Of a DNA stretch of 64,000 nt, positions 62,501-64,000 are shown in pieces; position 1 is the stretch's first letter, and each line of letters opens with the position of its first letter. The stretch covers positions 248,001 through 312,000 of the forward strand of contig MU058528.1 in assembly GCA_013265495.1 (NCBI GenBank). Reading direction: 5' to 3'. This DNA comes from Vicugna vicugna. Its lineage: Eukaryota. The notes beneath the pieces were generated by a model. That model ran no database searches and was not told the origin of the DNA. It worked only from the letters and a program-made list of their open reading frames with translations. Position numbers and translations under genes: made by a program.

Positions 62501-62889
62501 TTTGAAGAATAAAACGAGTTCCACTGAGTGCTTGATTAGGTTTTAAATATCTGGGATCTGAAAGGGAAAACTATGTGTCAACTTGCGTTTGCTATCATCA
62601 AGGGTTGATCTTTTATTTAATAAACAACTTTGCCCAAGAGATTAACTTTTCCTCCTTGTCAATCTTTTCTAAGAGAAGAAGTGGAAGGTGTGGAAATACA
62701 TGCCTTTTAGGCCAACACAAACTGTGTTATGTACACATACATCTTTCAGCTTCTCAGCAAAGAGTAAATTGTGTTTTATTGTCCCATTTTTATCAAAGGG
62801 GACCATGCAGCTTAGAAAATTTCTTTAGAAACTTAAGATCATGCAACTAAAATGTGGTAGAATAAAAATTCAAATTCAGGCCCATGTCA

Positions 62890-63400
62890 CAGGTTAATTC
62901 ATAAAAAAATATTTATTTACTATGTGCAGGAATTGTGTTAGATGTGACAGACCCAAGAGTGAACAAAGCCAGACATTGTCCCTGCCCCCAGGGAATTTAC
63001 AGTCTGGTTGGGGAGATTAGCATCAATCAAAGGATGACACAAGTTCAGTACGTTGCTATGGTAGTAAGTGCTTCAAAGGAAAGTTAAAGGATGCTACAGG
63101 AGCTTACGGTGTGGAGTTTGACTTCATCAGTGGAGAGTAGGAAGAGCTTTTGTGAGGAAGAGATGCCTGAGTTGACTCTGATAGTGAGTGCAAAGGTCAG
63201 TGAAATCTGGTCCAGGCAGATGCATCAACTTGCACAGGAAGAGCTCTTAGGTCAGGGTACCCTGAGATTAGAGAGGAGCCTTATTGGCTTTTGGTCACTT
63301 GCTTAGGATTTTGGTCTTTACCTCAAGAGAAATTAGAAGCCACTGAAAGTTTCAAAGTTGATTTCTGTTTTGAAAAGACAACTCTTTCTGCTTGTAGAAC
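62890..63400 (-). mobile_element. L2 LINE 3' fragment
   Basis: 'aatatttatttactatgtgcaggaattgtgttagatg...gtccctgcccccagggaatttacagtctggttggggaga' and 'aggattttggtctttacctcaagagaaattagaagccactgaaagttt'. Confidence 0.78.
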
Positions 63401-64000
63401 ACTCAGCTGATTGGTCACATTTCCCCATTTACTTCTCAATTGGTAACTGTAGGAAAGCTTGGGGGAAAAAAAAACCCAAAAAGGTTAGCTTATGTTGGCT
63501 CCCCCTCAATGTTTCCAATGTTCAGTTGTTTGTAAGAAATTTGAAAAATGAATTACAAATGTCACCTCAACTCTTGAAGGGAGATTCCATAGTTTCTGAC
63601 CTTGGATGAGAAGACAAAATACTAACACTGTGACGCCGATCAGGATCTTTCTTTGGCATTTCCTGTTTGCCTCCACATAGTCGTCAGACATTTGAGCCTA
63701 TTTTTCATACAATGAACATTACTAATTTCCTTTGGTCCCAGTGGGACTCATGTGCTTGCACCACATGTCTGAAAGGCTAATAACAAAAAATAACAGTGAA
63801 ATACATAGTCGAATGGTTAAAATAGTCAATGTTTCAAAATGGTACAATTTGAGGTTCTGGATAAGAGGTTGAGTAGGAATGATTTTAAAACATGAAAGGA
63901 TTTCATAGGTCCTTGAAGGGAATCTTTCTATTTAAATGTTTAGTTTCTTTTTAAAATTTTTGATATTTCATTACTGAGTCAGTCTCATTTTATTAGATAA

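Overview
AT-rich, CpG-poor mammalian non-coding DNA. It is probably camelid (camel/alpaca/llama), judging by two Vic-1-like tRNA-derived SINEs and a recurring L1 3' tail ('aattgaagtatagtcagttacaatgtgtcaatttctggtgtacagc'-type). I recognise no host protein-coding exon: the listed ORFs are L1 remnants, microsatellite read-throughs or chance ORFs. The window is a mosaic of L1 and L2 LINEs, MaLR/ERVL/ERV LTRs, old hAT DNA transposons, a retroposed U1 snRNA copy with a target-site duplication (TSD), and a repeat-poor block (~19-27.7 kb) with a dense enhancer-like motif cluster. The most striking signal is an L1 ORF1/ORF2 fragment at ~39.1-40.1 kb. Its ORF1 part carries dense, strand-specific A->G changes with the 5'-neighbour bias of ADAR, so it looks like a genomic fossil of an A-to-I hyper-edited RNA. 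One such change appears to turn the ORF1 stop into TGG, fusing ORF1 to ORF2 in frame. Repeat family names come from remembered consensus sequences, not a database search, and boundaries of old repeats are approximate.
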